Shown here one piece after another: positions 1 to 10,665 of a stretch of DNA of 64,000 bases; position 1 is the stretch's first letter; every line of letters starts with the position of its first letter. The stretch lies in assembly GCA_963777605.1 (NCBI GenBank), contig CAVZRV010000006.1, positions 107,648 through 171,647 of the forward strand, given 5' to 3'. The stretch comes from an uncultured Acidobacteriota bacterium (GTDB taxonomy: Bacteria; Acidobacteriota; UBA6911; RPQK01; JAPXNP01). The position numbers were made by a program, and so were the translations under genes. Below the pieces are notes generated by a model. The model did not search any database and had not been told where the DNA came from. It saw nothing but the letters and a program-made list of their open reading frames with translations.

Positions 1-120
1 TTCGCCATCTTCCTCAAAGAGTACATCTTCCAACCGTATTCGCGCATCCGCGCGGAGGCTGCGAAACCACCGCCGAACGGTTCCCAAATCGTCATTGCCT
101 TTCCCGCCTCCAGCGCCTAG
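1..120 (+). CDS. 3' end of an upstream gene (partial, unknown product)
   Basis: Frame 1 is open from base 1 (FAIFLKEYIFQPYSRIRAEAAKPP...) to TAG at 118-120. Confidence 0.45.
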   Translation, partial: FAIFLKEYIFQPYSRIRAEAAKPPPNGSQIVIAFPASSA

Positions 121-180
121 GATTCTACCGACGAGGTGCTGGCCTGAAAGGAAATCCACTGTCTTTGAGAATTCGCTGAG

Positions 181-1473
181 GTGCAAGTGAGCAACAGAAC
201 ATCCTTTCCCCGCGTATTCTGGGTAGCAAATTCGATCGAAGTCCTGGAGCGCTTCTCTTACTACGGGATCTACTTCGGATTCGGTATCTACATGGCCTCC
301 CTCGGGTTTTCAAAGGCCGACCTGGGGATCATCCAAAGTGTCTTTCTGCTCTTCTCCTACGCCGTTCCGGTGGTCTCTGGAACCCTGGCCGATCGCTATG
401 GATTCAAGAAGGTTCTGATTGTTTCCTACATGGCCTATCTGCCCTCAATTCTCCTTTTGATCCTGACCCGATCCTTCTCGGGAATCGCCTTGACCATGTT
501 GAGCATCGGACTGGCAGCGGGCATCTTCAAACCGCTGGTCTCGGGAACCGTCCGGGCCGTGACCGACAAGTCGAACAAGACCCTGGGATTCGGGATCTTC
601 TACGCGATGGTCAACGTCGGCGGGACGTTCGGCCCCATCGTGGCCGGGAAGCTTCGCGCGATTTCCTGGAACTACGCCTTCATAGCGGCGGCGATTGCCA
701 TCTTCATGATGCTCGTCATCACAATCCTGTTCTACAAGGAACCGGAGCGGGACATCGAGCGGAGCACACTGGGCGAGAAGTTAAAGGAGATAGGGACTGT
801 CCTCTCCGACGCGAAGTTCAGCGTCTTCCTGCTTCTGCTGGGAATCTTCTTCTGGCTTCCATTCTGGGCTTTTTTCAATCTCACGGCGATCTACGTAGAT
901 ACCAACATCGACACGGCTCAACTCTATCTCACGATGAAGGGAATCTTCGGTACCGGCTTTGCAGACTTCTTCTCTCATGACGAGGGAGGCGTCCGGAAGG
1001 TACTGGGAGAAACCATCTCCACTACCGGCTACATCATCATGATCCTTCAGGTTTTCGTTTCCCGAATCCTGGAGAAGTTCCAAGCCATCCCGTCCTTTCT
1101 CTTCGGCCTGTTTGTCTCCGCTGTCGGGTTCGTCGTTCTCGCCCTGGCCATCAACTCGGTCCCGGCCCTGATCTTCCTTGGAATCTTCTTTTTCGCAATC
1201 GGTGAGATGATCTCGTCTCCACGGATCCAGGAGTACATCACGTGGATCGCGCCGAAGGAAAAAGCTGGCCTTTACATGGGCTCGAACTTCCTCGCCACCG
1301 GCCTGGGAGGGGCGACCAGCGGAGTCACCTACACCAGCCTTTACGGGTACTTCGACAACATGGGTCATCCTGAATACGTGTGGTTCACGCTTGCAGCCCA
1401 CCTCCTCCTCGGAATCGTCGCGCTGACTCTCTATACCAGGATCGCCGGGGAATTCCGGGAGCGAGAGGAGTAG
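181..1473 (+). CDS. MFS transporter, POT/peptide-transporter-like
   Basis: N-terminal ExxERFxYYG motif (EVLERFSYYG), GxLADRYG motif A, about 12 hydrophobic helices. Confidence 0.9.
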   Translation: MQVSNRTSFPRVFWVANSIEVLERFSYYGIYFGFGIYMASLGFSKADLGIIQSVFLLFSYAVPVVSGTLADRYGFKKVLIVSYMAYLPSILLLILTRSFSGIALTMLSIGLAAGIFKPLVSGTVRAVTDKSNKTLGFGIFYAMVNVGGTFGPIVAGKLRAISWNYAFIAAAIAIFMMLVITILFYKEPERDIERSTLGEKLKEIGTVLSDAKFSVFLLLLGIFFWLPFWAFFNLTAIYVDTNIDTAQLYLTMKGIFGTGFADFFSHDEGGVRKVLGETISTTGYIIMILQVFVSRILEKFQAIPSFLFGLFVSAVGFVVLALAINSVPALIFLGIFFFAIGEMISSPRIQEYITWIAPKEKAGLYMGSNFLATGLGGATSGVTYTSLYGYFDNMGHPEYVWFTLAAHLLLGIVALTLYTRIAGEFREREE

Positions 1474-1577
1474 CCCGGTCCAGGTCGAACACCCAAACGA
1501 GAATCCGTGGCAGGATGGACATAACCCGGGCAAATCAAGTCCCGGACCGTGCTCCGGCCACAGTAAGGTAGATCGAT

Positions 1578-2776
1578 ATGGCCAAAGAACTCATCCGGCA
1601 GAAACTGGAACAGGCGGCAGAGATTCTACGAGGAATGCGGCATCGACTGCTGGCTGACTTTCGTCAGAGAGACCGCGGTGACAAGCGACCCGATGCTTGC
1701 GTTTCTCACCCCCGGCCACCTCACGTGGCACTCTGCGATCTTCGTGACGGCTCGTGGTGACAAGATAGCCATCGTCGGAAGCCTCGACCAGCGAGCAATC
1801 GAAGACCTCCAGCTCTACGATCCGGTCATCGGGTACGTCGAAGGCATCGGCACTTCCTTCAGGGAAGTCATTCGGAAGCTGGAGCCCCGAACGCTGGCAG
1901 TGAACTTCTCCAAGGAAAGCGAAATCGCCGACGGCCTCACTCATGGAATGTTCCTTCAGCTCGAGGACCTCCTCGCCTCGGCGGGATTCGCCGGAAAACT
2001 GATTTCCGCGGAGCCGGTCATCTCGAGTATACGGGCCCGGAAAACCCCCTATGAACTGGAACGGATCCAGCTGGCCATCGACGAAAGCCTTGACATTTTC
2101 GAGCAGGTCAAAGGCCTGCTTCGGCCCGGGATCAGCGAAACCGCCATCGCCGACTTCGTTCACGCCCAAGCCCGGGCGCGCCACCGCGAAACGGCCTGGG
2201 ATCCGTCCCAGTGCCCGGCAGTCTTTACCGGTCCGGACACTGCGGAAGCCCACTATCAACCGACTGAACGCCTGGTTGAAGCAGGGCATGTCGTCAATAT
2301 GGACTTCGGCCTCAAGGTCGATGGCTACTGTTCCGACCTGCAGCGCACCTACTACGTTCCCGACCATCCTGAGGGCGACGTCCCCGACCCAGTGCAGCGT
2401 GGCTTCGACACGATCGTGACAAGTATCGAAAAGGCTCGCCTGGCGATGCGCCCGGGCGTTCGTGGATTCGAAATCGATGCCGTCGCGCGCGACCACATCT
2501 GCGCGACCGGCTATGAGTCATTCCCCCACGCGCTGGGACACCAGGTGGGACGCTTTGCTCACGACGGCACGGCGCTGCTCGGACCCACCTGGGAGAAGTA
2601 CGCCACGAAACCGAACCATCCGCTCGAGGCCGGGAATGGTGTTTACGCTGGAGCCCCGCCTCAAGGTCCCCGGCCGTGGTACGGTTACCATCGAAGAGAT
2701 GGTCGTGGTGACCGAAAGTGGTGCCGAATTCCTTTCAAACCCCCAGAAACAGTTATGGACCAGCGATTTCACTTGA
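1578..2776 (+). CDS. Xaa-Pro aminopeptidase (M24 family), two apparent frameshifts (~1630 and ~2636)
   Basis: Pieces in three frames join to give MAKELIRQKL...DFG...YCSDLQRT...HALGHQVG...HD...GMVFTLEPRL...IEEMVVV, the M24 metal ligands. Confidence 0.88.
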
Positions 2777-2833
2777 CTTTAGACTTAATCTATGGATTCT
2801 TAGTTGTGACAAAATTGAGCCTGGGACCTGACT

Positions 2834-3241
2834 GTGAAGTACTTTTTCAAGGACATTAATGAGACGGCGAGCATCGAACGCCTGGAAGGCGCGGAAGAAC
2901 TCTTCCGACTCCGCTACACCAACCAGTTCTATGGGAACTGCGCCCTTCGTCTCCACCTGAGCCGGAAGACGGACGGTCAGATCCACGTTCACCGCCCGTC
3001 GATGCAGGTCGAAGCCAGTGACGTTAAGAAAGGGGATCTGAACTCCCTGATCACGGTTTCACTCAGGTTCCTGACTCAAAAACTGGCGCAACATCCTGAG
3101 ATTCTTCGTGGTGAACGCACCCAAGCCAGATCAGGCGTATTGGCCAGGTTACGATCGTGGTGCGGACTCGCGCAACCGGCTCCGAAAACGACCGTCTACG
3201 AGAAGGAGCGGTCCCCGCTCCGCAAGACCGGTACTGCTTAG
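2834..3241 (+). CDS. hypothetical protein
   Basis: 135-aa ORF with plausible composition filling the gap after the peptidase; no motif recognised. Confidence 0.6.
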   Translation: MKYFFKDINETASIERLEGAEELFRLRYTNQFYGNCALRLHLSRKTDGQIHVHRPSMQVEASDVKKGDLNSLITVSLRFLTQKLAQHPEILRGERTQARSGVLARLRSWCGLAQPAPKTTVYEKERSPLRKTGTA

Positions 3242-3396
3242 ATAGCCCCGCCTCCTCCGTCTCTCCACAAGTACTCACGAGAACTGAGAACTCTTGCTGG
3301 GTGAGCCCATGAAGGAATAAGGCCGTTGATCTTCGCCCTTGCCGGGCAAAACCTTTGAGTTCCGGAAGAGAGATAGTGAGGATTCCCCAAGCCGGC

Positions 3397-3432
3397 ATCG
3401 CGGGAGCTGTTGCTGGTTCAACTCCCGCGATA
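3397..3432. terminator. hairpin between convergent genes
   Basis: ATCGCGGGAG ... CTCCCGCGAT, a 10-bp inverted repeat just past the TPR gene stop. Confidence 0.5.
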
Positions 3433-3452
3433 TCGCTACCCGATCGGGAAGA

Positions 3453-4409
3453 TCAGGGCACGCCCAGTTCCTTCTTGGCAGCGTTGATGAACTTGTTTGC
3501 GTTCGATGTGTTTCCGTACCGAGTCTTGAGGAGCGTGTAGAGCTGCTGCCGCGCCTCCCGCGCGCTCTGCCCGTTCAACGCCACGGTTCGTGCATACCCG
3601 AGGATGGCGTCGTCCATCCGGCCGTTCCTCCAGCAGCATTCGGCCAGTCGGAACTGCCCGAAGTCGTCCTTCGGATCGAGCCTGACAGCCTCCTTGAAAT
3701 TCTTGTATGCGGTCGAAAAATCACCCAACCGGTGGGCATTTTCACCAATCGCGCGGTAAGCGAATGCGCGAGTCGCGTTGGTCTCGGGGTCCTCTTTGTC
3801 GCCCATGGCGGCGAGCAGTTGTTCCCCTCGCTTGGCTGCTCCGGCGAAGTTATTCGATTGCCAGTCGGTAAAGACCAGCAGTTTGAGCACGTCAATATTC
3901 TTCGGTTCATGCTTGAGTGCCCGCTCCGCCCACTTCTCCGTGTTCGGGTAGTCCTTCATCCCGTAGTACGCCGTCATCAAAAGGTAGGCGGTCGCACCCG
4001 ACGGAGCCTGCGAGTAGAGTTTGGTCCCGAACTCGATCAACTTGGCCGGTTGCCCCAGCTTCTGATAAGCCTCGGTGGCCATGGCAGCCGCCGTGCCGTC
4101 AGATGGCCGGTACCGCAGGTATTGTTCGGCGGCGGTGGCCAACTGAGCCCACCGCCCACTCTGCTTCAGGCTGCCCAGGTATTCCCCGTAGAGGTATGCC
4201 ACGTTCGGGTCAAGTGCAGAGGACTTAAATTTCTGGACGAATTGCAGCGCCAGATCTTTCTGCTTGGCGGCATTGGTTTCGGATGCGGCCTGCTGATAGA
4301 GCGCGTACTCCTCAGCATAGGTAGGGCTCTGTTCTTGAGCCAGGACCATGGCCGAAACGCAGCAGGCCAGGATCATCAAGAGAGACAGTTTCCGATAGGT
4401 AGAGTGCAT
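3453..4409 (-). CDS. secreted tetratricopeptide-repeat protein
   Basis: Signal peptide (MHSTYRKLSLLMILACCVSAMVLA), repeated A/Y-rich helical TPR-like units (AVRLDPKD, ALKHEPKN), RBS GGAGG. Confidence 0.85.
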   Translation of the reverse strand: MHSTYRKLSLLMILACCVSAMVLAQEQSPTYAEEYALYQQAASETNAAKQKDLALQFVQKFKSSALDPNVAYLYGEYLGSLKQSGRWAQLATAAEQYLRYRPSDGTAAAMATEAYQKLGQPAKLIEFGTKLYSQAPSGATAYLLMTAYYGMKDYPNTEKWAERALKHEPKNIDVLKLLVFTDWQSNNFAGAAKRGEQLLAAMGDKEDPETNATRAFAYRAIGENAHRLGDFSTAYKNFKEAVRLDPKDDFGQFRLAECCWRNGRMDDAILGYARTVALNGQSAREARQQLYTLLKTRYGNTSNANKFINAAKKELGVP

Positions 4410-4862
4410 CGATCCTCCTTCCGACCGCCTTTCGCGATCAATCACCTTCGCACAACCCGGCGAGCCAGGGCCTGATCGATCGGTCTCCGATGCCCAACAC
4501 CGCGACCGAACGATCTCAAGATCCCTCCTTAAAGCGGCGACCTCATCGCTTCAAAAAAACGCGCCAAGCCCGCCAGGTCAGGCACCGGTTTCAAGTTTAC
4601 TCCTGAAGAAAGAGAAAGCCCATCCGAAACCGCTTTGAGGAGGTCCAAATCTCCAAATTTCCGCTCCGGGAGTCATTGATTTTTGAGGCAATCGAGACTA
4701 AAGTGACGTTCGGGTATTCCGAAAGAGGCTTTTGATTAGGCGAAGGAGTGTTAACACATGCTCGTATGCTCATACGGTTCGGAAGACCGAGTCGGATTCG
4801 AGGATTCGATCCTTCTTCGCCTTTTTGTCATTTCTCCATTCCACTTCACTTAGGAGGATTCC

Positions 4863-6194
4863 ATGTCGCGACTTAAAGAGAAACTGCATGACAAGATTGT
4901 CGAGGGTCGAGATCGGGTAACAAAGCTGCTCAAAGAATCGGGGAACGTCAAGATCAGTGACGTCACGATTGCCCAGGCGATTGGTGGAATGCGAGGCGTT
5001 AAATGCCTGGTTACCGACATCTCCTACCTCGACCCGGAAGAAGGCATCCGTTTTCGCGGCTACACAATTCCGGAGACCCTGGCCCAGCTGCCGAAGGTGC
5101 CGGGCTGCGAGATGCCTTACGTGGAAGGCCACCTCTACCTGCTCTTGACCGGCGAAATGCCCGGGGAGGAAGACGTTCAGGAAGTCGTCCAGGAGTTTAA
5201 GTCGCGCCGCGCCGTGCCCCAGTACGTTTTGGATATCTTGCGTGCCATGCCGCGCGACAGCCACCCGATGACAATGTTCTCGGTGGCGATCGACGCCATG
5301 CAGAGGGAATCTGAATACGTGCGGCAGTACCAGAAGGGCATCAGCAAGTTCGACTACTGGGACTCCACCTACGAGGACGGGCTCAACCTGCTGGCCAAGC
5401 TGCCCCAGATTGCGGCTTACATCTTTCGAATGAAGTATCGGGGCGATACTATCATTCCGTCCGATCCGAACCTGGATATGGGCGGTAATTTCGCTCACAT
5501 GATGGGAATCCAGAAGCCCTATGACGACGTGTCCCGCCTCTACTTCATTCTCCACAGTGATCACGAGAGCGGCAACGTCAGCGCCCACACCGGACACCTC
5601 GTCTCCAGCGCCCTTTCCGACATGTATTACTCCATTTCCAGCATGATCAATGGCCTGGCTGGACCTCTCCACGGCCTGGCCTGCCAGGAAGTGCTCCGCT
5701 GGATCCAGGGAGTCATGGAGAAGATGGGTGGAAAGATCCCGACCGAAGAAGAGATGCGTGAGTTTGTCTGGGATACGCTCAACTCCGGCCAGGTCGTACC
5801 CGGCTTCGGTCACGCCGTTCTGCGCAAGACCGATCCGCGTTACCAGGCCCAGCGGGAGTTCTGTCTGAAGCACCTGCCTGACGATCTGACCTTCAAGTAC
5901 GTCAATCTCCTCTTCAACGTGGTCCCACCGGTACTCCGGGAACAGGGCAAGGCCAAGAACCCATGGCCGAACGTCGATGCCCAGTCCGGCGTCATACAGT
6001 GGCACTACGGAGTCCAGGAGTACGATTTCTACACCGTCCTGTTCGGCATTGGCCGGGCTCTGGGAGTCGTCAGTAACATCATCTGGGATCGCGCCCTCGG
6101 TTACCCGATCGAGCGGCCCAAGTCCCTCACCATGGCCATGCTCGAAGAGATGGCCAGGCAGGCTGCCGGCAAAGAGACAACCGGCGTCCGCTAG
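4863..6194 (+). CDS. gltA: citrate (Si)-synthase, eukaryote-like type
   Basis: LDPEEGIRFRGY, HSDHESGNVSAH, GLAGPLHG, VPGFGHAVLRKTDPRY and NPWPNVDA motifs; RBS GGAGG. Confidence 0.96.
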   Translation: MSRLKEKLHDKIVEGRDRVTKLLKESGNVKISDVTIAQAIGGMRGVKCLVTDISYLDPEEGIRFRGYTIPETLAQLPKVPGCEMPYVEGHLYLLLTGEMPGEEDVQEVVQEFKSRRAVPQYVLDILRAMPRDSHPMTMFSVAIDAMQRESEYVRQYQKGISKFDYWDSTYEDGLNLLAKLPQIAAYIFRMKYRGDTIIPSDPNLDMGGNFAHMMGIQKPYDDVSRLYFILHSDHESGNVSAHTGHLVSSALSDMYYSISSMINGLAGPLHGLACQEVLRWIQGVMEKMGGKIPTEEEMREFVWDTLNSGQVVPGFGHAVLRKTDPRYQAQREFCLKHLPDDLTFKYVNLLFNVVPPVLREQGKAKNPWPNVDAQSGVIQWHYGVQEYDFYTVLFGIGRALGVVSNIIWDRALGYPIERPKSLTMAMLEEMARQAAGKETTGVR

Positions 6195-6233
6195 AGAATC
6201 ACACCCGAATCTTTCTGTTTCGGTGAAGAAGGC

Positions 6234-6265
6234 AGGGCGGCTTCCCACGAAGCCGCCCTTTTTTT
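6234..6265 (+). terminator. Rho-independent terminator of gltA
   Basis: AGGGCGGCTTC-CCAC-GAAGCCGCCCT followed by a T tract. Confidence 0.85.
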
Positions 6266-6464
6266 CGCCCGCCCTCTTCCTTTTCGACGGAGTGACACAG
6301 GTGTCCGCGACGGTGATCAGGGAGTAGAACCCCTTATTGCTCCCATCGTCACGGCCGGGGACGGCCGTGCCACAGTTGAAATCATGCAACCATTTGCATA
6401 CTCTTTTCGTTAATTATTCCAACCTGGGTTTCCTAACAGTTCACATTAATCGAGGAGGTGCTGT

Positions 6465-7076
6465 TTGCGCCATATCCATGATGCAATCATGTATCGAGTC
6501 CTGGTTGTGTTCCTTGGAGTCGTCGGGGCAGTTCTGTTCTTGGACGGGTCATCCCTTTTTTCGCAGTCGGGCGTGGTTCAACCAAGCGAGCGGGTCCAGA
6601 AGGGTGCCTACCTCGTCACGCTCAGCGGTTGCAACGACTGCCACAGCCCCAAGGTGTTCACCGACAAGGGGCCGGAACCCGACCCGACACGCCTCCTGGC
6701 GGGGCATCCTGCCGGAAGCCCGATGCCTGAAATCGACTTCGACCGGATTTCCCCAGCCGGATGGGTACTGCTCAGCAACGATCTGACCGCCGCGGTCGGG
6801 CCCTGGGGCATCACTTACGCCGCCAACCTCACGTCCGACGAAGAGACCGGCATTGGACGGTGGACGGAGGAGGCTTTCATCGCCACCATGCGGAGTGGCC
6901 TGCACTGGGGAGTGGGTCCTGCGATCCTTCCACCCATGCCGTGGCAGAACCTGGGCCAGGCGTCCGACGACGATTTGAAGGCCATCTTCGCCTACCTGAA
7001 ATCTACTCACCCGGTGCACAACCCGGTACCGGCGCCAATGTCGTTGGAAGAGCTGAAAGCGAGTCGGAGGAAGTAG
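6465..7076 (+). CDS. c-type cytochrome (single CxxCH)
   Basis: Signal/TM segment, GAYLV..GCNDCH, AANLTSD..TGIG.W, PPMPW (Met ligand); strong RBS GAGGAGG before TTG. Confidence 0.9.
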   Translation: MRHIHDAIMYRVLVVFLGVVGAVLFLDGSSLFSQSGVVQPSERVQKGAYLVTLSGCNDCHSPKVFTDKGPEPDPTRLLAGHPAGSPMPEIDFDRISPAGWVLLSNDLTAAVGPWGITYAANLTSDEETGIGRWTEEAFIATMRSGLHWGVGPAILPPMPWQNLGQASDDDLKAIFAYLKSTHPVHNPVPAPMSLEELKASRRK

Positions 7077-7082
7077 GCTTCA

Positions 7083-7137
7083 AGGTTTCGGGTTGCGGTC
7101 GGCGGCCCGTCCAGTGGGACCCCGAAACCCGAAACCT
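7083..7137. repeat. REP-like inverted repeat built of CCGAAAC heptamers between convergent genes
   Basis: AGGTTTCGGGTTGCGG ... CCGAAACCCGAAACCT. Confidence 0.55.
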
Positions 7138-7156
7138 CGGAACCCGGGGCCGCGGG

Positions 7157-7774
7157 CTACTTCCCAGGCCAGCTGCCGAGAACTTCGATCCAGTCCACTC
7201 TCGACGATGCCGGCGTCAGGCCACCAGGCATCAGGTCAGTGAATCCGACTTCGAGAACCCGGTTCAGAGCAGGGTCTTTCTGCCAGTCCTCTTCGGTCAC
7301 TCGCTCGATATTCAGCTTTCGCCAGTGAACGTCCCGCAGGTTGACCTCCCAGATGTGCCAGTCAGCAGTTGTCCCATCGAACTTGTCGCTCACCAGCCAG
7401 GTTCCATCCTCGAGCCTTACGATCACACGAAGATCACGGAAGCCGGACTGCCTTGAACGCCACCGGACAACGGCGTCTCCGGACAGGTTCAGGGCCCCGC
7501 GCTTGTGCCGGAGGGTCACCGCCCAGTTTCCGGGGCAGACACCGGACCAGACGTAGTAAGGATCATTTTCGATCCAATCATGATGGCTCTTCTTGATGCC
7601 GGCAAAACCCGGCCCGTAAAGGCCCACTGTGAGATCGGGGTTGGCGACGTGATTCTGACCCAGGGGAATCTCAGCCGGAGTCTCTTTCCAGTCCTCGCGA
7701 AACAGCAGTTCCGGCGCGGCCTCGACCAACGATGATAATGGCAATGAAAGGAGCAGCAGGATAAGGATCCTCAT
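7157..7774 (-). CDS. secreted hypothetical protein
   Basis: Signal peptide MRILILLLLSLPLSSLVEA; Trp-rich, beta-sandwich-like mature part. Confidence 0.8.
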   Translation of the reverse strand: MRILILLLLSLPLSSLVEAAPELLFREDWKETPAEIPLGQNHVANPDLTVGLYGPGFAGIKKSHHDWIENDPYYVWSGVCPGNWAVTLRHKRGALNLSGDAVVRWRSRQSGFRDLRVIVRLEDGTWLVSDKFDGTTADWHIWEVNLRDVHWRKLNIERVTEEDWQKDPALNRVLEVGFTDLMPGGLTPASSRVDWIEVLGSWPGK

Positions 7775-7844
7775 GGCAGAATCATAGCGTGGCCGCATCA
7801 ATCGAGCAATTGACTAATCATCAGGATCGGACAAGACTCAAGTG

Positions 7845-9226
7845 GTGAACATTTCGGAAGAACAGGCCCACCGTCATCCACCAGGCTAGCCTGCGCATTC
7901 TGGATTCCACCGGCATTCAACTCGAGCACGACGAGGTCGTCTCGCGATTGATCAGTGCGGGAGCCCGGCCCGGAGACCGGGCCAACCTGGTCAGGATTCC
8001 GGGAGGCCTCGTCCACGAAGCCCTTGATCGAGCTCCCGGCGAGGTCCTCCTTGCCGACCTGGCCGGCGGCGTTGCAACCCTCACGGCCCGAAGCAAGGCG
8101 ATGTACTGGACCAACCCCGGGCTCCTGATCCAGGACGGAGACAACCCGCGGGAGGTCACATCAGCCGACCTCGCCAGGGTCGCCCGGCTCTGTGATCGCC
8201 TTGAGAACGTTGGCGGGGTGATGGGCATGGCCATGGCCGACATTCCACCCCATCACCGCGATTTTGTCGGAGTCCGGGTCATCGCCGAAAACTGCCGCAA
8301 GCATGTACGGGCACTTTGCTTCACTCCGCGAGGGATGGAGGCACTGGGAGCGATGCATCCCGTATTCGAAGGGAACTGGCTCAGCATCGGCTTCACCGCC
8401 CACGGACCACTGAGGTGGACCCACCTGGCACTCGATATTTTCCTGCGCAGTTCCGGAAGAGGTATCCCGGCGACCATCAACGGGGAACCGATGGCCGGAG
8501 TGACCGGCCCGGTCACCCTGGCTGGTTCGATTGCCGTCGGCAATGCCGAGATCCTCGCTGGGATTGTCGTCAACCAGATTCTCGAGCCTGGCCGACCCGT
8601 GATCTACAACCTGGGCCTGGCTCACACCTTCGACATGCGCTACGCAACCGCCGTCACGGGTGGACCCGAGAACGCCCTTTTTGCCGCAGCCAGTGCCGCC
8701 ATGGGACGGTACTACAACCTGCCATCCGCGTCCTGGGTCTCGACCGATTCTCTCTTCGACGATTCCCAGGCCGCCCTTGAAAAAATGTTCGGGTTCCAGA
8801 CCCACTCGGCGTCCGGTGTTTCCTTGGTCTGGGGAATGGGACAACTGGAAAGCGAAAAGAAAATCAGCCTGGTTCAGCTCGTCCTGGACAACGAGATGAT
8901 CAACTATTGCAACCGCTTCCAGCGCGGCATCGAATTCGATCCGGACTCGATTCAGGTTCCGCTTATCGAACATGTCGGCGCCCTGCGGCTCGTTTCTCGA
9001 AACCGACCACACGTTTACCCACTTCAGAGAGGCCTTCTGGGAACCTGGGCTGCTCAATCGCCAGGCGGCGACGCCGGACTCCCGGCCCGTGGAAGTACTC
9101 GCCGCCGCGAAAGCGGACGCACTCCTCCGCGAGGAACCGCTGTCCCGGCAAGATCAGGATCGTGTCAGAGCCCTGCGGGAAATTGAGGCGTATTACCGTC
9201 GAAGTTCGGAGGACGTTTGGAACTGA
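7845..9226 (+). CDS. trimethylamine methyltransferase (MttB) family protein, non-pyrrolysine; frameshifts near ~7868 and ~8985
   Basis: IHQASLRILDSTGI N-terminus, PMAGVTGPVTLAGSIAVGNAEILAG, YYNLPS..TDS..DSQAALEK, GSFLETDHT C-terminal motif. Confidence 0.88.
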
Positions 9227-9299
9227 GCGAAGTTTACCAGACCGGAAATCTCTGGTATGAGATGAATATGGATCCAAATTCAAGGAGGTCTCTTTTACG

Positions 9300-10619
9300 A
9301 TGAGTATTTCAAGACGGGCTTTTTTGGGCTCTTCCGCCGCCGCAGTGATCACTGCCGGGGCCGCTTCCAGAAGTGAGATCTGGGGAGCCAACGACCGGAT
9401 AGGCACGTGCGTGATCGGGTTCAACGGACGCGGTGGAGAACATATTCGCCAGATTTTGAAAGAGCCTGGTGCCGAAATCGTCGCTCTTTGCGACGTTGAC
9501 TCCCGGGTCCTCGAAGCCGGCATTGCCGAGGTCGCGAAAGCCCAGGGAAAGGCGCCAAAAGCCTATCGTGACGTTCGTGACGTAATGGCTGACCCATCCA
9601 TTGACGCAATCACAACAGCCACTCCCAACCATTGGCACTCCCTGATCACGGTTTGGGGCTGCCAGGCAGGCAAAGACGTCTACGTCGAAAAGCCGATGGC
9701 GCACGAACCGTATGAAGGCCGACAGTGCGTTGCGGCAGCCAAGAAATATGGCCGCATCGTCCAGCACGGTACGCAGTCACGCTCCGATCACACTCTCATC
9801 CGCGACATGAAGTTGATGCACGAGGGTTTCATCGGAAAGATCGTGCAGTCTCGCGGCGTCGTCTATAAGAACGGAAACCGCCAGGCCATCGGCCACGGTG
9901 CAGTCGGCCCAGTTCCCTCATACCTGGACTGGACGCTCTGGCAGGGCCCGGCCATGGAACAACCCTTTCTGATCAACAAGGACCACCCAGACAAGCCCGG
10001 TCTCTACGTTCACTACGACTGGCACTGGTTCTGGAACTACGGAAACGGAGAGATCGGAAACCAGGGTGTCCATCAGATGGATATCGCCTGCTGGTCCCAC
10101 AATCGCGGCAAGCCCGTCAAAGTGACGAGCACCGGAGGACGCTATGCCTGGGACGACGACGGCCAGACTCCGAACACTCAGGCAACCCAGTTCACATACG
10201 CAGACGGCTCCATTCTGACGTTCGACGTCCGCAACCTGGGATCGTTCTGGGAAGGGGGCGAAGAGGCGGGAGCCAGCACCAACAGCGCTTTCGGTGAAAC
10301 CGGCTACTGGGTCTACAATCGGGGGTTTTTCGACTACAAGAACAAGCCGATGGAAGTCACCGAACCCCTTCCCGAGGATATCGGCCCCTTTACCCGGTTC
10401 TTCCGCGCTGTACGTTCGCGGAAACTGTCCGATGTACCGGTCAGCGTCGAAGAGGCCCACCTGGCTTGTCTGCACTGCCAACTGGGAAATATCGCGTATC
10501 GAACGGGACACACACTCTTCTTTGAAGGCCAATCGGAGCGCTTTCTGAACTGCGAGGAAGCCAACCAGTTGCTCAAACGGGAGTATCGGCAAGGATTTGA
10601 GATTCCCGAGAGTGTTTGA
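9300..10619 (+). CDS. Tat-exported Gfo/Idh/MocA oxidoreductase
   Basis: SRRAFL Tat motif, IGFNGRG, ATPNHWH, GKDVYVEKP, GVHQMD. Confidence 0.93.
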   Translation: MSISRRAFLGSSAAAVITAGAASRSEIWGANDRIGTCVIGFNGRGGEHIRQILKEPGAEIVALCDVDSRVLEAGIAEVAKAQGKAPKAYRDVRDVMADPSIDAITTATPNHWHSLITVWGCQAGKDVYVEKPMAHEPYEGRQCVAAAKKYGRIVQHGTQSRSDHTLIRDMKLMHEGFIGKIVQSRGVVYKNGNRQAIGHGAVGPVPSYLDWTLWQGPAMEQPFLINKDHPDKPGLYVHYDWHWFWNYGNGEIGNQGVHQMDIACWSHNRGKPVKVTSTGGRYAWDDDGQTPNTQATQFTYADGSILTFDVRNLGSFWEGGEEAGASTNSAFGETGYWVYNRGFFDYKNKPMEVTEPLPEDIGPFTRFFRAVRSRKLSDVPVSVEEAHLACLHCQLGNIAYRTGHTLFFEGQSERFLNCEEANQLLKREYRQGFEIPESV

Positions 10620-10665
10620 TCACAAGCCGCAGGCAACGACATCTCTTTGACCAGGGAGGTTTTCG

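Noticed and set aside
4770-6389. Long antisense ORFs (e.g. 4770-6389, 3339-4475, 38433-39554, 48057-49043)
   Set aside because: They shadow well-supported genes, as expected in GC-rich DNA, and show no motifs.
7845-9226. Pyrrolysine read-through in MttB
   Set aside because: No in-frame TAG at the Pyl-equivalent position; the breaks are frameshifts.
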